Of a stretch of DNA of 64,000 nt, positions 18,142-27,560 are shown piece by piece. Source of the DNA: Smithellaceae bacterium (lineage in GTDB: Bacteria; Desulfobacterota; Syntrophia; Syntrophales; Smithellaceae). The stretch spans positions 1,813,245 through 1,877,244 of the forward strand of contig OY821638.1 of assembly GCA_963682105.1 (NCBI GenBank), read 5' to 3'. Position 1 is the first letter of the stretch, and each line of letters starts with the position of its first letter. The translations under genes were made by a program, and so were the position numbers. A model generated the notes under the pieces. That model was not told the origin of the DNA. It ran no database searches and saw only the letters and a list, made by a program, of their open reading frames with translations.

Positions 18142-19842
18142 ATGGCCGGAGAAGTTACTTATGCGTCGAAACCGTGGTTGAAGTCTTACGACAAAGGTGT
18201 ACCCGAGAAGATTCAGTATGAGGATATTTGCATGCCGGATATTCTGGACAGATCGGCATCCAAATTCCCCGATCGCATGGCCCTGAATTTTCAGGGATAC
18301 AAGCTGTCTTATAAAGCCTTAAAGGACATGGTGGATCGTTTCGCCACCTGGCTTTCCCAGATGGGCATCAAAAAAGGCGATGCCGTCGCCATTATTCTAC
18401 CCAATATGATTCCCTGCGTGGTCGCTTATTACGCCATCCACAGAATAGGCGCCATCGTTGTTTTAAATAACCCGACTTATTCCGACCGCGAGCTGGAACA
18501 TCAGCTCAACGATTCCGGCTCCAAGATTCTCGTTACCATTGACCTCCTGGCCAACCGGATGATCGATTTAAGACCCAAAACAAAAGTCAAACAGATTGTG
18601 ATCTCGTCCATCGGGGACTACCTGCCCTTCCCCGTCAATCTTTTATTCCCGCTAGTCGGCAAAAAGAAAGGCCTGCTGCCCGCCAAACCGATGAAACAGG
18701 CCAATGACGTCTATCAATGGAAAGACTGCATCGCCGGCAGCCAGCCCAATCCGCCGAAAGCAAAACTCACGTTCGCAGACACCGCCATGTATCAGTACAC
18801 CGGCGGCACAACGGGCGTCTCCAAAGGCGTGATCCTGACCCACGGCAACATCAGTAAACAGGTCCAGCAGATCAGCGCCTGGTTCCCGAGATTCGCCGGC
18901 ACATCCAATGTCAATCTGGGCGCTCTGCCTTTCTTCCATGTTTTCGGCATGTCGTGCGCCATGAACTTTTCCGTTTACATGGGATGGGGGGACATTCTGA
19001 TTCCCAAACCGCAGCCGGAACCGCTTCTGGAAGCCATTAAAAAATTCAAACCGAGTTTTGGCGCGCTGGTTCCGACCATGTACATCGGCATGCTGAATCA
19101 TCCCGAGTTCAAAACAGTGGACATGACCTGCTTCAAAGGGTTCTTCTCCGGCAGCGCCCCGTTGCCCGTGGAAGTGATCCACGATTTTGAAAAAGCCACC
19201 GGCGCGGTCATCGTCGAGGGCTTCGGCATGACGGAAACCACACCCGTCACGCACACCAACCCCTTTGAAGGCGTCCGCAAAATCGGCTCGATCGGTTTGC
19301 CTCTTTCCGACACCGAATGCCGCATTGTCGATCTGGACAAGGGAGAAACGGATATGCCCATCGGCGAACCGGGTGAACTGATCATCCGCGGCCCGCAGGT
19401 CACAAAAGGCTATCTGAACAAACCGGAAGAAACAGCCGGCTTGCTTCGAAACGGCTGGTGCTACACAGGCGATATCGCCACCATGGATGAAGACGGCTAT
19501 TTCTATATCGTCGACCGGAAAAAAGACATGATCATTTCCGGCGGCTTCAATATTTATCCCAGAGACGTCGATGAAGTCTACTACGAACATCCCAAGGTCA
19601 TGGAAGCCTGCGCCATCGGCGTCCCCGATGCCAAACGCGGCGAAAACGTGAAATTGTTTATTGTGCTCAAAGAAGGCGAAACGGCCACAGCCGAAGAACT
19701 GCTGGAATACGGCAAGACAAAGCTTGCCACCTACAAGCTGCCGTCGGAAATTGAATTCCGCAAGGAGCTGCCGAAATCAACCGTCGGCAAGGTTTTGCGC
19801 AAGGAGTTAAGGGCTGAAGAACTGGCCAAACGCAAGAAATAA
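18142..19842 (+). CDS. fadD: long-chain-fatty-acid--CoA ligase
   Basis: YTGGTTGVSKGV, GFGMTETTP, GDIATMDEDGYFYIVDRKKDMII and the C-terminal K of the AMP-binding family. RBS GGAGGGAAG. Confidence 0.85.
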   Translation: MAGEVTYASKPWLKSYDKGVPEKIQYEDICMPDILDRSASKFPDRMALNFQGYKLSYKALKDMVDRFATWLSQMGIKKGDAVAIILPNMIPCVVAYYAIHRIGAIVVLNNPTYSDRELEHQLNDSGSKILVTIDLLANRMIDLRPKTKVKQIVISSIGDYLPFPVNLLFPLVGKKKGLLPAKPMKQANDVYQWKDCIAGSQPNPPKAKLTFADTAMYQYTGGTTGVSKGVILTHGNISKQVQQISAWFPRFAGTSNVNLGALPFFHVFGMSCAMNFSVYMGWGDILIPKPQPEPLLEAIKKFKPSFGALVPTMYIGMLNHPEFKTVDMTCFKGFFSGSAPLPVEVIHDFEKATGAVIVEGFGMTETTPVTHTNPFEGVRKIGSIGLPLSDTECRIVDLDKGETDMPIGEPGELIIRGPQVTKGYLNKPEETAGLLRNGWCYTGDIATMDEDGYFYIVDRKKDMIISGGFNIYPRDVDEVYYEHPKVMEACAIGVPDAKRGENVKLFIVLKEGETATAEELLEYGKTKLATYKLPSEIEFRKELPKSTVGKVLRKELRAEELAKRKK

Positions 19843-19860
19843 CCGTGCACGCGTAAACGG

Positions 19861-19899
19861 AAAAAAGGCTTGCTCCCGTCGGAGCAAGCCTTTTTTATT
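19861..19899. terminator. bidirectional rho-independent terminator between the fadD-like and usp genes
   Basis: AAAAAA-GGCTTGCTCC-CGTC-GGAGCAAGCC-TTTTTTATT. Perfect 10-bp stem. Confidence 0.85.
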
Positions 19900-19907
19900 G
19901 GAATGTT

Positions 19908-20303
19908 TTATTTGACGGAAACGACGGGACAGGGAGATTCGAGAATAATGTACTGAGCGTTGGATCCGAAAAAGAGCTTTCCGACTTTGGATTTTTTCTC
20001 AATCCCGAGAATAATTTCTTCAACTTTATTGTCTATGGCGAATTCCACAATGTCTTCGCCAGGGGTCACGCCGCGAACCAGAATATGCGTTTCGCTAGTG
20101 ATCCCTTCAGCCGCCAGGGCGCTTTTAACGTCGGCCAGTTGTTTTTCAACCTTATCCAGGTCCATTTTTTCCCGTTCCGACACTTTCTCCATGGAAGTGG
20201 CAACGCAAAGCGTCGCGTTAAAAGCTCTGGCATGTTTTTTGGCTACATCCAATACCGACTTACTGACATCCAAATCTCCCATGAATGCGACTAAAATTTT
20301 CAT
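19908..20303 (-). CDS. universal stress protein (UspA family)
   Basis: 131 aa. ILVAF...SK, and C-terminal GSNAQYIILESPCPVVSV, typical of Usp. Confidence 0.8.
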   Translation of the reverse strand: MKILVAFMGDLDVSKSVLDVAKKHARAFNATLCVATSMEKVSEREKMDLDKVEKQLADVKSALAAEGITSETHILVRGVTPGEDIVEFAIDNKVEEIILGIEKKSKVGKLFFGSNAQYIILESPCPVVSVK

Positions 20304-20485
20304 TGTTCGCCCCCGATGTTTATCTATGTTACGGATCTTTAATCAATACTCTATACCGCTGTCACACTGATAATTATAAAGAAATCAATACTTAAAGTCA
20401 ACCTGTAAATTGTCTTGACACACGGGTCGCCTATTCAATATAGTTTTCGGCATATCGGCTTGAATGCGTTTTTCCCGTCATCGGA

Positions 20486-22189
20486 ATGGATTGCACGACC
20501 TTCGTTGTTCCCGGAGAAAACAACATGACAGACATAAAAAAACAAACCCGCGCAACGTCTTCCGCCGAAGCGCGGCGTGTTGTTAATGTCTGCCGGTCCC
20601 TTGTCGAGTCCGCTCACGATTCCATTTACGTTGTCGACAGCCACTGCCGTTATCTTCACGTCAATCCTTACCATTGCACGCGTCTGGGAGTCCCGCTTGA
20701 TGCACTGACCGGGAAAACCTACGCGGATTTCCACTCTCCCGAAGAATCGGCCGAATTTTCACGCGACGTCGCCAGCGTCATCGAAAAAGGCGAATCCTTG
20801 CAGCGGGAACATCGCAGCAGCCGGGACGGCTGCGATTTTCTGCGCACTTTCAGCCCGGTTGCGAATTCTTCCGCCCGGGGGAGAAAAGCGATTGCCGTAT
20901 CGGTCATTTCTCAAAACGTGACCCAGTGGAAACTGGCCGAACACCTGTACCAAACGCTTGCGGAAAAATCCCCCATCGGTATTTTTATCGTCCAGGACGG
21001 ACTTTTTGTCTGGGTCAATCGCCGGTTTCAGGAAAACACGGGTTACGCAGCCGGCGAGATCCTGGGAAAAGATTCTCTCTTTATGGTGCATCCGGAAGAC
21101 CGGGAATTTGTCCGGCAGAGCTCCCTGGCCATGATGCATACCGGCGCCATCATTCCTTATGAATACCGTGTCGTCACCAAAGAGGGGGAAATCTTATGGT
21201 ATGTGGGAACCGTAACGGCCATCGAATACAAATGCCGGCGCGCAACCCTGGGATCGCAGATGGACATCTCTCTGCAGAAGAAGGCCGAAGACGCCCTCAA
21301 GCAAAGCGAAGACCGGTCCCGCTCCATCGTGGACAATATTCCGGATGCTTACTATGAAGTCGACTTAAGGGGAAATCTTCAGTTCTCCAATGAAGCTTAT
21401 CTGAAATTATTCGGCTATCGGCGGGAAGAAATGCTGGGCCTCAATTTTCGGCGCTATGTGGATAAAAAAAACGCCGATATCGCGATTCGCACATTCGCCC
21501 AGGTTTATAAAACAAGGAAGCCGATCAAAAAGATGGATTGGAAAATCATCAACAAAAACGGCGGCACAAGACATGTGGAATTATCCGTCAGCCTTTTTTG
21601 CAACGCGCACGGCAAACCCTCGGGCTTTCGCGGAATCATTCAGGACATCACCGCCAGGCGTAAGGAAGAAGAAGTAATCCGCAACCAGGCCCTTCATGAT
21701 CATTTGACCGGCCTTTCCAACCGCCTGCTCTTCTATGACCGTCTGAATATGGCCATCAAAAGAGCCAGACGAGCGCAGAAAATGGTCGGCGTCATCATGC
21801 TGGATCTGGATCATTTCAAAGATATCAACGACCGCTTTGGACACGCAGCCGGCGATGCGCTTTTGCAGGAGGTTTCCGAAAGGCTTTTATCCATTGTCCG
21901 GGACACGGATACCGTTTCACGCCCCGGCGGCGACGAATTCTGCATTGTTCTGCCGGCAGTCAACTCGCGTCACGACGTCATCCGGATTGCCGAGAAAATT
22001 GTTGACGCGTTTCACCGGCCGATTCATCTGGACACGGGGCCGGTCGTGGTCACCACCAGTGTGGGAGCGGCGTTATACCCCGAAAACGGGGACAATCTGG
22101 ACACCCTGATTCAAAAAGCAGACAAGGCCATGTACCTCGCCAAAAATCAGGGACGCAACCGTTATTGTTTTTATGAAGAACCCCTTTAA
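20486..22189 (+). CDS. PAS domain-containing diguanylate cyclase (GGDEF)
   Basis: Three PAS modules, then HDHLTGLSNR...RPGGDEFCIV...AMYLAKNQGRNRY. Start possibly ATG at 20525. Confidence 0.9.
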   Translation: MDCTTFVVPGENNMTDIKKQTRATSSAEARRVVNVCRSLVESAHDSIYVVDSHCRYLHVNPYHCTRLGVPLDALTGKTYADFHSPEESAEFSRDVASVIEKGESLQREHRSSRDGCDFLRTFSPVANSSARGRKAIAVSVISQNVTQWKLAEHLYQTLAEKSPIGIFIVQDGLFVWVNRRFQENTGYAAGEILGKDSLFMVHPEDREFVRQSSLAMMHTGAIIPYEYRVVTKEGEILWYVGTVTAIEYKCRRATLGSQMDISLQKKAEDALKQSEDRSRSIVDNIPDAYYEVDLRGNLQFSNEAYLKLFGYRREEMLGLNFRRYVDKKNADIAIRTFAQVYKTRKPIKKMDWKIINKNGGTRHVELSVSLFCNAHGKPSGFRGIIQDITARRKEEEVIRNQALHDHLTGLSNRLLFYDRLNMAIKRARRAQKMVGVIMLDLDHFKDINDRFGHAAGDALLQEVSERLLSIVRDTDTVSRPGGDEFCIVLPAVNSRHDVIRIAEKIVDAFHRPIHLDTGPVVVTTSVGAALYPENGDNLDTLIQKADKAMYLAKNQGRNRYCFYEEPL

Positions 22190-22207
22190 GGAGAAAGAAA
22201 GCAGCTT

Positions 22208-23590
22208 ATGAACATTATCGTCCTCAACGGCAGCCCCAAAGGCGATCTCAGCGTCACCCTTCAGTACGTCCGCTACGCGGCCCGAAAAATGCCGCAGCAT
22301 TCGTTTACGATCTTTCCCGTGGCCCAGACCATAAGGAAGATCGAAAAAGATGAAAAAGCGTTTGGCGAAATTCTCGACGCCATCGAACGCGCCGACGCCG
22401 TCTGGTGGGCGTTTCCGCTTTATTACCTGGTCGTATGCTCCCAGTACAAACGGTTTATCGAATTGATCTTCGAAAGAAAGCGAGAAGCGGCTTTTGCGGG
22501 AAAGTATGCGCTTTCCCTGTCCACCTCCGTCCACTTCTTCGATCACACGGCGCATAATTACATTCACGCCGTCTGCGACGACCTGCAGATGAACTACCTG
22601 GGTGCTTATTCCGCGGCCATGTACGACCTCATGCAAAGCAGAGAACGCAAACGCTGGCTGGCCTTTGCCGAAAATTTTGCCGACGCCGCTTCCCGAAAAA
22701 TCCCCACAGCCCGCGTCTACCCGCCCGTTGCGCCGTTGAATTTTAAATACATCCCGGGCGCTCCCGCAGCCCCGGTCGATACGGCGGGGAAAAAAATTCT
22801 GCTGATGAAAGACGGACAGTCGCCGTCCGGCAATGTCGATGCAATGGTTCAGACCCTGAGAGAGAACTTTCGGGGAGACATCGATGTCGTCAACCTGATG
22901 GACATCAACATCAAAGGCGGATGCCTGGGCTGCTGCAAATGCGGTCTGGACAACACCTGCGATTATGAAGGCAAGGACGGCTACATTGATTTCTACAATG
23001 AAAAAGTCAAAAAGGCGGACGTGATCGTCTTTGCCGGCGCAATTTTCGACCGCTATCTGTCGTCGCGCTGGAAGATGTATTTTGACCGCTCTTTCTTCAA
23101 CACGCACATTCCCACCTTGCAGAACAAACAGATTGCCTATCTGATTTCCGGCCCCCTGGAGCAGATTCCCAACCTTCGCCAGATGCTGGAAGCCTATGGG
23201 CAAATTCAGGATGCCAACGTCGCGGGGATCATCACGGATGAATCGTCAGACTCTCAACGGATCGACGCGCTCATCGCGGAATTCGCCCGCACCCTCGTCC
23301 GGACGGCAAAGGATCGGGCCTCCGTTCCCCTGACCTTTCTGGGCGTCGGCGGCAGGAAAATATTCCGCGACGAGATTTACGGCATGCTGCGTTTTACGTT
23401 TCAGGCGGATTACCGCTTTTTCAAACAGCACGGGCTTCTGGACTTCCCGCAGAAAAATTACAAAGTCCGCCGTCTGAACCTGCTGATGATGCTTTTAACC
23501 AAAATCCCGGCCTTCCGCCGGAAATATTTAAAAATCCTTAAAGAGCAAATGGTCAAACCACTCAAACAAGCCGCGGAGAATAAAGAATGA
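22208..23590 (+). CDS. tandem flavodoxin-like oxidoreductase; second half is iron-sulfur-flavoprotein-like
   Basis: N-terminal IIVLNGSPKG flavodoxin-fold signature. Second domain carries the compact CX2CX2CX5C motif (CLGCCKCGLDNTC). Confidence 0.6.
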   Translation: MNIIVLNGSPKGDLSVTLQYVRYAARKMPQHSFTIFPVAQTIRKIEKDEKAFGEILDAIERADAVWWAFPLYYLVVCSQYKRFIELIFERKREAAFAGKYALSLSTSVHFFDHTAHNYIHAVCDDLQMNYLGAYSAAMYDLMQSRERKRWLAFAENFADAASRKIPTARVYPPVAPLNFKYIPGAPAAPVDTAGKKILLMKDGQSPSGNVDAMVQTLRENFRGDIDVVNLMDINIKGGCLGCCKCGLDNTCDYEGKDGYIDFYNEKVKKADVIVFAGAIFDRYLSSRWKMYFDRSFFNTHIPTLQNKQIAYLISGPLEQIPNLRQMLEAYGQIQDANVAGIITDESSDSQRIDALIAEFARTLVRTAKDRASVPLTFLGVGGRKIFRDEIYGMLRFTFQADYRFFKQHGLLDFPQKNYKVRRLNLLMMLLTKIPAFRRKYLKILKEQMVKPLKQAAENKE

Positions 23591-24537
23591 AAAAGCCCAT
23601 CAAAATGGTTTTTCTGGATGCTGCAACGGTCGGCCATGTCGACAACCTTTCGGAGATTTCGTCGCTGGGCGATTACACAAACTATGAGATCACCATTCCC
23701 GCCGAGCGGATCGGTCGCATTCGGGGGCACAACGTCGTCGTCACCAACAAGGTGATCATCGACCGCGATGTCATGGATGCCTGCCCGGAACTGGAGTTGA
23801 TCGCCATCGTCGCCACCGGCATGAACAACGTCGATCTGGATTATGCCGCCCGAAAAGGAATTGCCGTCCGGAATGTCGCGGGCTACTCCACGGAATCCGT
23901 CACGCAATGCACCTTCGCCATGCTGTTTTATCTGCAAAACGCCTGCCGCTATTACGACGATTATGTCCGGTCGGGACAATACACATCCAGCCCCATCTTC
24001 ACGCACCTGGGCCGGGAATTCCGGGAACTGTCCGGCATGACCTTTGGCATCATCGGCATGGGAACTATCGGCCGCCGTGTCGCGCAGGTTGCCTCCGCCT
24101 TCGGCGCAAAAGTTGTTTATTACTCGACCTCGGGAAAAAATCTCGATGCGGCGGGCTGCTCTCATCTTCCGCTTCCGGAATTATTGCAGAGCGCCGATGT
24201 CGTCTCCATTCACTGCCCGCTCAACGATCAGACCAGAAACCTGATTGCCAAAGAACAGTTGGATAGAATGAAGCCGACGGCCTATCTTTTGAACATGGGC
24301 CGGGGCGGCATTGTGGATGAGGCGGCGCTGGCGCAGGCCATTGACGAAAACCGGATTGCCGGAGCGGGTCTGGACGTTCTAACCAAAGAACCCATCGCGG
24401 CGGACAGCCCGCTTTTGAACATTCGCAATAAAGAAAAGCTCTACATCACCCCGCACATCGCCTGGGCCGGCATGGAGGCCAGACGTGTGCTGATCGCGCG
24501 GACGGCGCAAAACATCAGGAGCCATTTCGGATTGTAA
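23587..24537 (+). CDS. D-isomer-specific 2-hydroxyacid dehydrogenase (glycerate dehydrogenase-like)
   Basis: GIIGMGTIGRRVA NAD fold. NMGRGGIVDE, ITPHIAW catalytic motifs. ATGA overlap with the upstream gene. Confidence 0.85.
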   Translation: MKKPIKMVFLDAATVGHVDNLSEISSLGDYTNYEITIPAERIGRIRGHNVVVTNKVIIDRDVMDACPELELIAIVATGMNNVDLDYAARKGIAVRNVAGYSTESVTQCTFAMLFYLQNACRYYDDYVRSGQYTSSPIFTHLGREFRELSGMTFGIIGMGTIGRRVAQVASAFGAKVVYYSTSGKNLDAAGCSHLPLPELLQSADVVSIHCPLNDQTRNLIAKEQLDRMKPTAYLLNMGRGGIVDEAALAQAIDENRIAGAGLDVLTKEPIAADSPLLNIRNKEKLYITPHIAWAGMEARRVLIARTAQNIRSHFGL

Positions 24538-24992
24538 GACTGAGCAGCAACGCACTGGCACATGGCGCCCTGGAGCTGGGCGAAACAGCCCCGTCATTGC
24601 GAGGCGACGCCAAGGCGCCGTGGCAATCTGATCTCCCAAAGAGAGCCTCGTAATGACTAATGTGGATTGCAACGCAGTCTCTATCAGGAAGGAACTATTG
24701 ATGAAAAATTTTCACATCCATCGCCTTTCGCTCCTTTCCAATTCTCAACACCCTCACGGCTTTCTGATGACCTTCTTCCCAAAACCTTTTTATGAAAGCC
24801 TCTTGCCAACCCGCCCGAACCATAACCATTGATTTATGCCCAACTGCGTATATAATGCAGGCGCCGTTTTAAGGGGCACCCCTATTTTTTCGGCATGGAG
24901 GCAGCCTGTCGTCCAAAGTCAGGAATAAACAATTTCTGCGAAATGAAGAGAAAAAGAAATCGAACATATGAGAAAGGTTTACGCGTGAATCC

Positions 24993-25727
24993 ATGAAGCT
25001 GTTCAAAGCAAAAGAAGAAAAAAATTTAATATCCTTATTAACCAGGACCAGCGATGAATCCGGCATTTACCTGGAAGAGCTGCACGGCCTGTTATTCGGA
25101 CTGGCCATTACGCCGGAGGTCATTCCGGCGGAAGAATGGGTGCCGCTGATCTTCGGCGGAGAACCGGCGTTTGATAATGATCCGGAGGCCGAAACCTGTT
25201 TGGAAAGCCTGATCGCCGTTTACGAACGCATGCTCAATGACGGACGCAAAGGCAAGCTCACGTTTCCTTTCAATTATGATGCAATCACCAATGATGAACT
25301 GATGCTGATTGACGGCTGGACATACGGACTGTTTATGGCTTTATCCCTGCGGCCCGCTCTCTGGGGCATGGGCAGAGAATATTCCATAAAAGAAATAGAA
25401 GAATTACCCGGCGACGTGATTGAAGTCATGGACGCTTACAGTGTCATTATCTCCATTGCCGTCCCGGAAGAAATGGAAGAAGGATTCAAAGAGGTGATGG
25501 ATACGGAATCCTTAAACCGCGATGAAATGATGGACATGTTTTACGAACAGTTGCCTTTTGCCGTGGAAATCCTGCAAGAGCACGGCCTGAAAATCCGGGA
25601 GGCAAACTCAACGGGCAAACGGCCATCCGCCCCGCGCAAGACTATCCGCAAAGAGAAAACCGGCCCCAACGATCCCTGCCCCTGCGGCAGCGGCAAGAAG
25701 TATAAAAAATGCTGCGGCGCAAACTGA
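24993..25727 (+). CDS. UPF0149/YecA-like protein with C-terminal SEC-C zinc motif
   Basis: C-terminus [18 protein letters not shown]-terminal [12 protein letters not shown] resembles the YgfB/YecA family. Confidence 0.7.
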   Translation: MKLFKAKEEKNLISLLTRTSDESGIYLEELHGLLFGLAITPEVIPAEEWVPLIFGGEPAFDNDPEAETCLESLIAVYERMLNDGRKGKLTFPFNYDAITNDELMLIDGWTYGLFMALSLRPALWGMGREYSIKEIEELPGDVIEVMDAYSVIISIAVPEEMEEGFKEVMDTESLNRDEMMDMFYEQLPFAVEILQEHGLKIREANSTGKRPSAPRKTIRKEKTGPNDPCPCGSGKKYKKCCGAN

Positions 25728-25734
25728 CATAAAA

Positions 25735-26300
25735 ATGGTGGATAGAATTAAGGTTCAAGGCGCAAGGTTCAAGGTCCAAGGTCAAACGTGGATGGATAAA
25801 AGGCTATGGGCTAAAGCTCGTAGCTCATAGCTCATGGCTAGTGGATTGTGTCCTCCGCCGGAAACTGTGTCGCAATTCCATATACGTCATTCCGGACAAG
25901 CGAGCGCAATCCGGCTTGTGCCATTCAGGGTGAATCCAGCATTATTAATAGTTCCTGGATGCCGGCTTTCGCCGGCATGACAACTTCAGGCTTGTTTTCA
26001 TAATTGCGACACAGTCTCTTGGCGGAAGTGGCGCGAAGCGCCGGAGGTGGAAAGCGCAGAGATCAGAGCACATAGCTGGTGGCTCGTAGTGAATAGTGGA
26101 TGGTGAATAGACAGTTGCTGTTTTTTAATCCCGAAGGGATTCAACGTTTATTGATCATCCGGCCATTTCAACATCTGCGACCCCGTCGGGGTCGAACATA
26201 GAGACTTGAAAATTTCTATAAACGTGCAACTCCTTCGGAGTTGAGTTCTGAGCGGATGATCTCCCGGCCGGCGCGTCACCCCGGCGCAGGCCGGGGTCCA
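25735..26300. repeat. mosaic intergenic repeat cluster (inverted orientation)
   Basis: Reverse-complement copies of the heptamer, CTACGAGC and CCTCCGCC modules plus GC hairpins. 26150-26260 is the reverse complement of 15620-15717. Confidence 0.9.
25861..26018. mobile_element. ~158-bp TIR-bounded hairpin element (MITE-like), copy A
   Basis: Left end GAAACTGTGTCGCAATT and right end AATTGCGACACAGTCTC are inverted repeats (16/17). The interior holds two GTCATKCCGGC...GCCGGMATSCAG-type hairpins. It sits inside the CCTCCGCC/GGCGGA palindrome. Confidence 0.55.
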
Positions 26301-26699
26301 GACAAGCAAAACCTTATGCTTCGCCATACACAAGATCAGCGTCAACAACAGGAATACAATTATCAATTGCTAAAATAATAAATTGGAATATAATCCGCCT
26401 TACCTGATCCTCAGGTCGCCAACACATATTCGTTTTCTGGTTCCGGAGATGCGCAATGAGATTCATGGTTGAAAATCTTTTAAGCGGCAATCCATCAGTT
26501 ATTTCTTCCGATAATCAAAGAAATATTACTACCCCTAAAACAAGCGATCAATCCCGATCAAAAGCGGATAGAAAAGTTTCGGATAAAGTACACAAAGGCG
26601 GAACTGCATGAAAATCAATAGCGGTGAGTTACAGGAAGATTCAGTTATTTCCATTTTGGAAATAACTGCCGACAACGGAAATAATTTTTTTCTGGTAGG

Positions 26700-26830
26700 A
26701 CACCGGATGGGGGTGCAGGAGGAGTAGAATGGTGGATAGTGAATAGTGGATGGTGGAAAATGTCCTCCGCCGGCGGAGGTGGCGCGAAGCGCCGGAGGTG
26801 GAAAGCTTGTAGCGCGAAGTGAATCGTGGA
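26700..26830. repeat. mosaic intergenic repeat (inverted), containing an uninterrupted CCTCCGCCGGCGGAGG site
   Basis: 26764-26779 CCTCCGCCGGCGGAGG followed by TGGCGCGAAGCGCCGGAGGTGG. Flanked by GTGGATGG/GTGAATAG units. Confidence 0.85.
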
Positions 26831-27023
26831 TGGAGAATGAAAATGAGTAACAAAAGCTGAATTAGGTAATAACCTAAGGACCGACCGAGCAAAATGCCCG
26901 AAACTGATGTCAGGGGAGAAATATACCAGAATGGAATGAGGCCACCGGTTCAGAAGAAACAATAATAATCAATATTCTTGTAGGACATCAAATGTCCGAT
27001 CAGATTTGTTATGATGAATCAAA

Positions 27024-27560
27024 ATGAGCAATTTGAGAAATAGCAATAAGCTTGTTTTCATTGACGTGGAAACAACCGGGCTCGATCCGGCCAAAGGACA
27101 CAGGATTATTGAAATCGGGGCAATCGCCATGGAAAACAACCAAATAATCAGCGAATTCAAGAGTCTTGTTCAAGTCAGTTACCCCATCCCCCGGCATGTT
27201 TCTAAAATCCACGGCATCACCAATAATATGCTGGCCGGTCAGCCGACACCGGAAGAAATTTATCCTAAATTCAAAGATTTCATATCCGACAGCATACTGG
27301 TTGCGCATAATGCCGAGTTTGATGTAGGCTTTTTACGGTCGGAATTTAGCAGATTAAATCTCCACCTCCAAAACCCAAGTATTTGCACCCTGAAAATAAG
27401 CCGCAGGCGCTACCCGCGCCTGCCGAATTATAAATTGATCACGGTTTACAGGCATCTTGTCGGTCATCAACCCGCCGATGCAAAAAAACACCGCGCATTG
27501 GATGACGCCCGCATGGTCGCGGCCATCTGGCAGGCAATGGAGGGGAAAATAGATGAATGA
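27024..27560 (+). CDS. DEDDh 3'-5' exonuclease (DnaQ/DNA polymerase III epsilon-like)
   Basis: Exo I FIDVETTGLDP, Exo II VAHNAEFDVGFL, Exo III HRALDDARM. The stop (27558-27560) overlaps the cas3 ATG (27553). Confidence 0.85.
   Translation: MSNLRNSNKLVFIDVETTGLDPAKGHRIIEIGAIAMENNQIISEFKSLVQVSYPIPRHVSKIHGITNNMLAGQPTPEEIYPKFKDFISDSILVAHNAEFDVGFLRSEFSRLNLHLQNPSICTLKISRRRYPRLPNYKLITVYRHLVGHQPADAKKHRALDDARMVAAIWQAMEGKIDE

Noticed and set aside
22073-23203. 376-aa ORF antisense to the flavodoxin-like gene
   Set aside because: Shadow ORF of a GC-rich coding region. No motifs and no RBS, and the sense ORF has clear family signatures.
24555-24571. TGGCAC motif downstream of the dehydrogenase gene as a possible sigma-54 promoter (also TGGCAC at ~32419, 36636, 54430)
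   Set aside because: No GC dinucleotide at the required GG-N10-GC spacing, and three of the four lie inside coding regions.
26456-26611. 51-aa hydrophilic ORF (MRFMVENLLSGNPSVISSDNQ...) in the gene-free region upstream of the cas operon
   Set aside because: No Shine-Dalgarno, low-complexity sequence, and AT-rich context. I considered it as a possible small anti-defence or regulator gene, but nothing supports it.
26983-26997. GGACAT-CAA-ATGTCC inverted repeat ~30 nt upstream of the exonuclease/cas3 operon start
   Set aside because: With only 6-bp arms it is expected by chance in 64 kb. It could be an operator, but the evidence is too weak to call.
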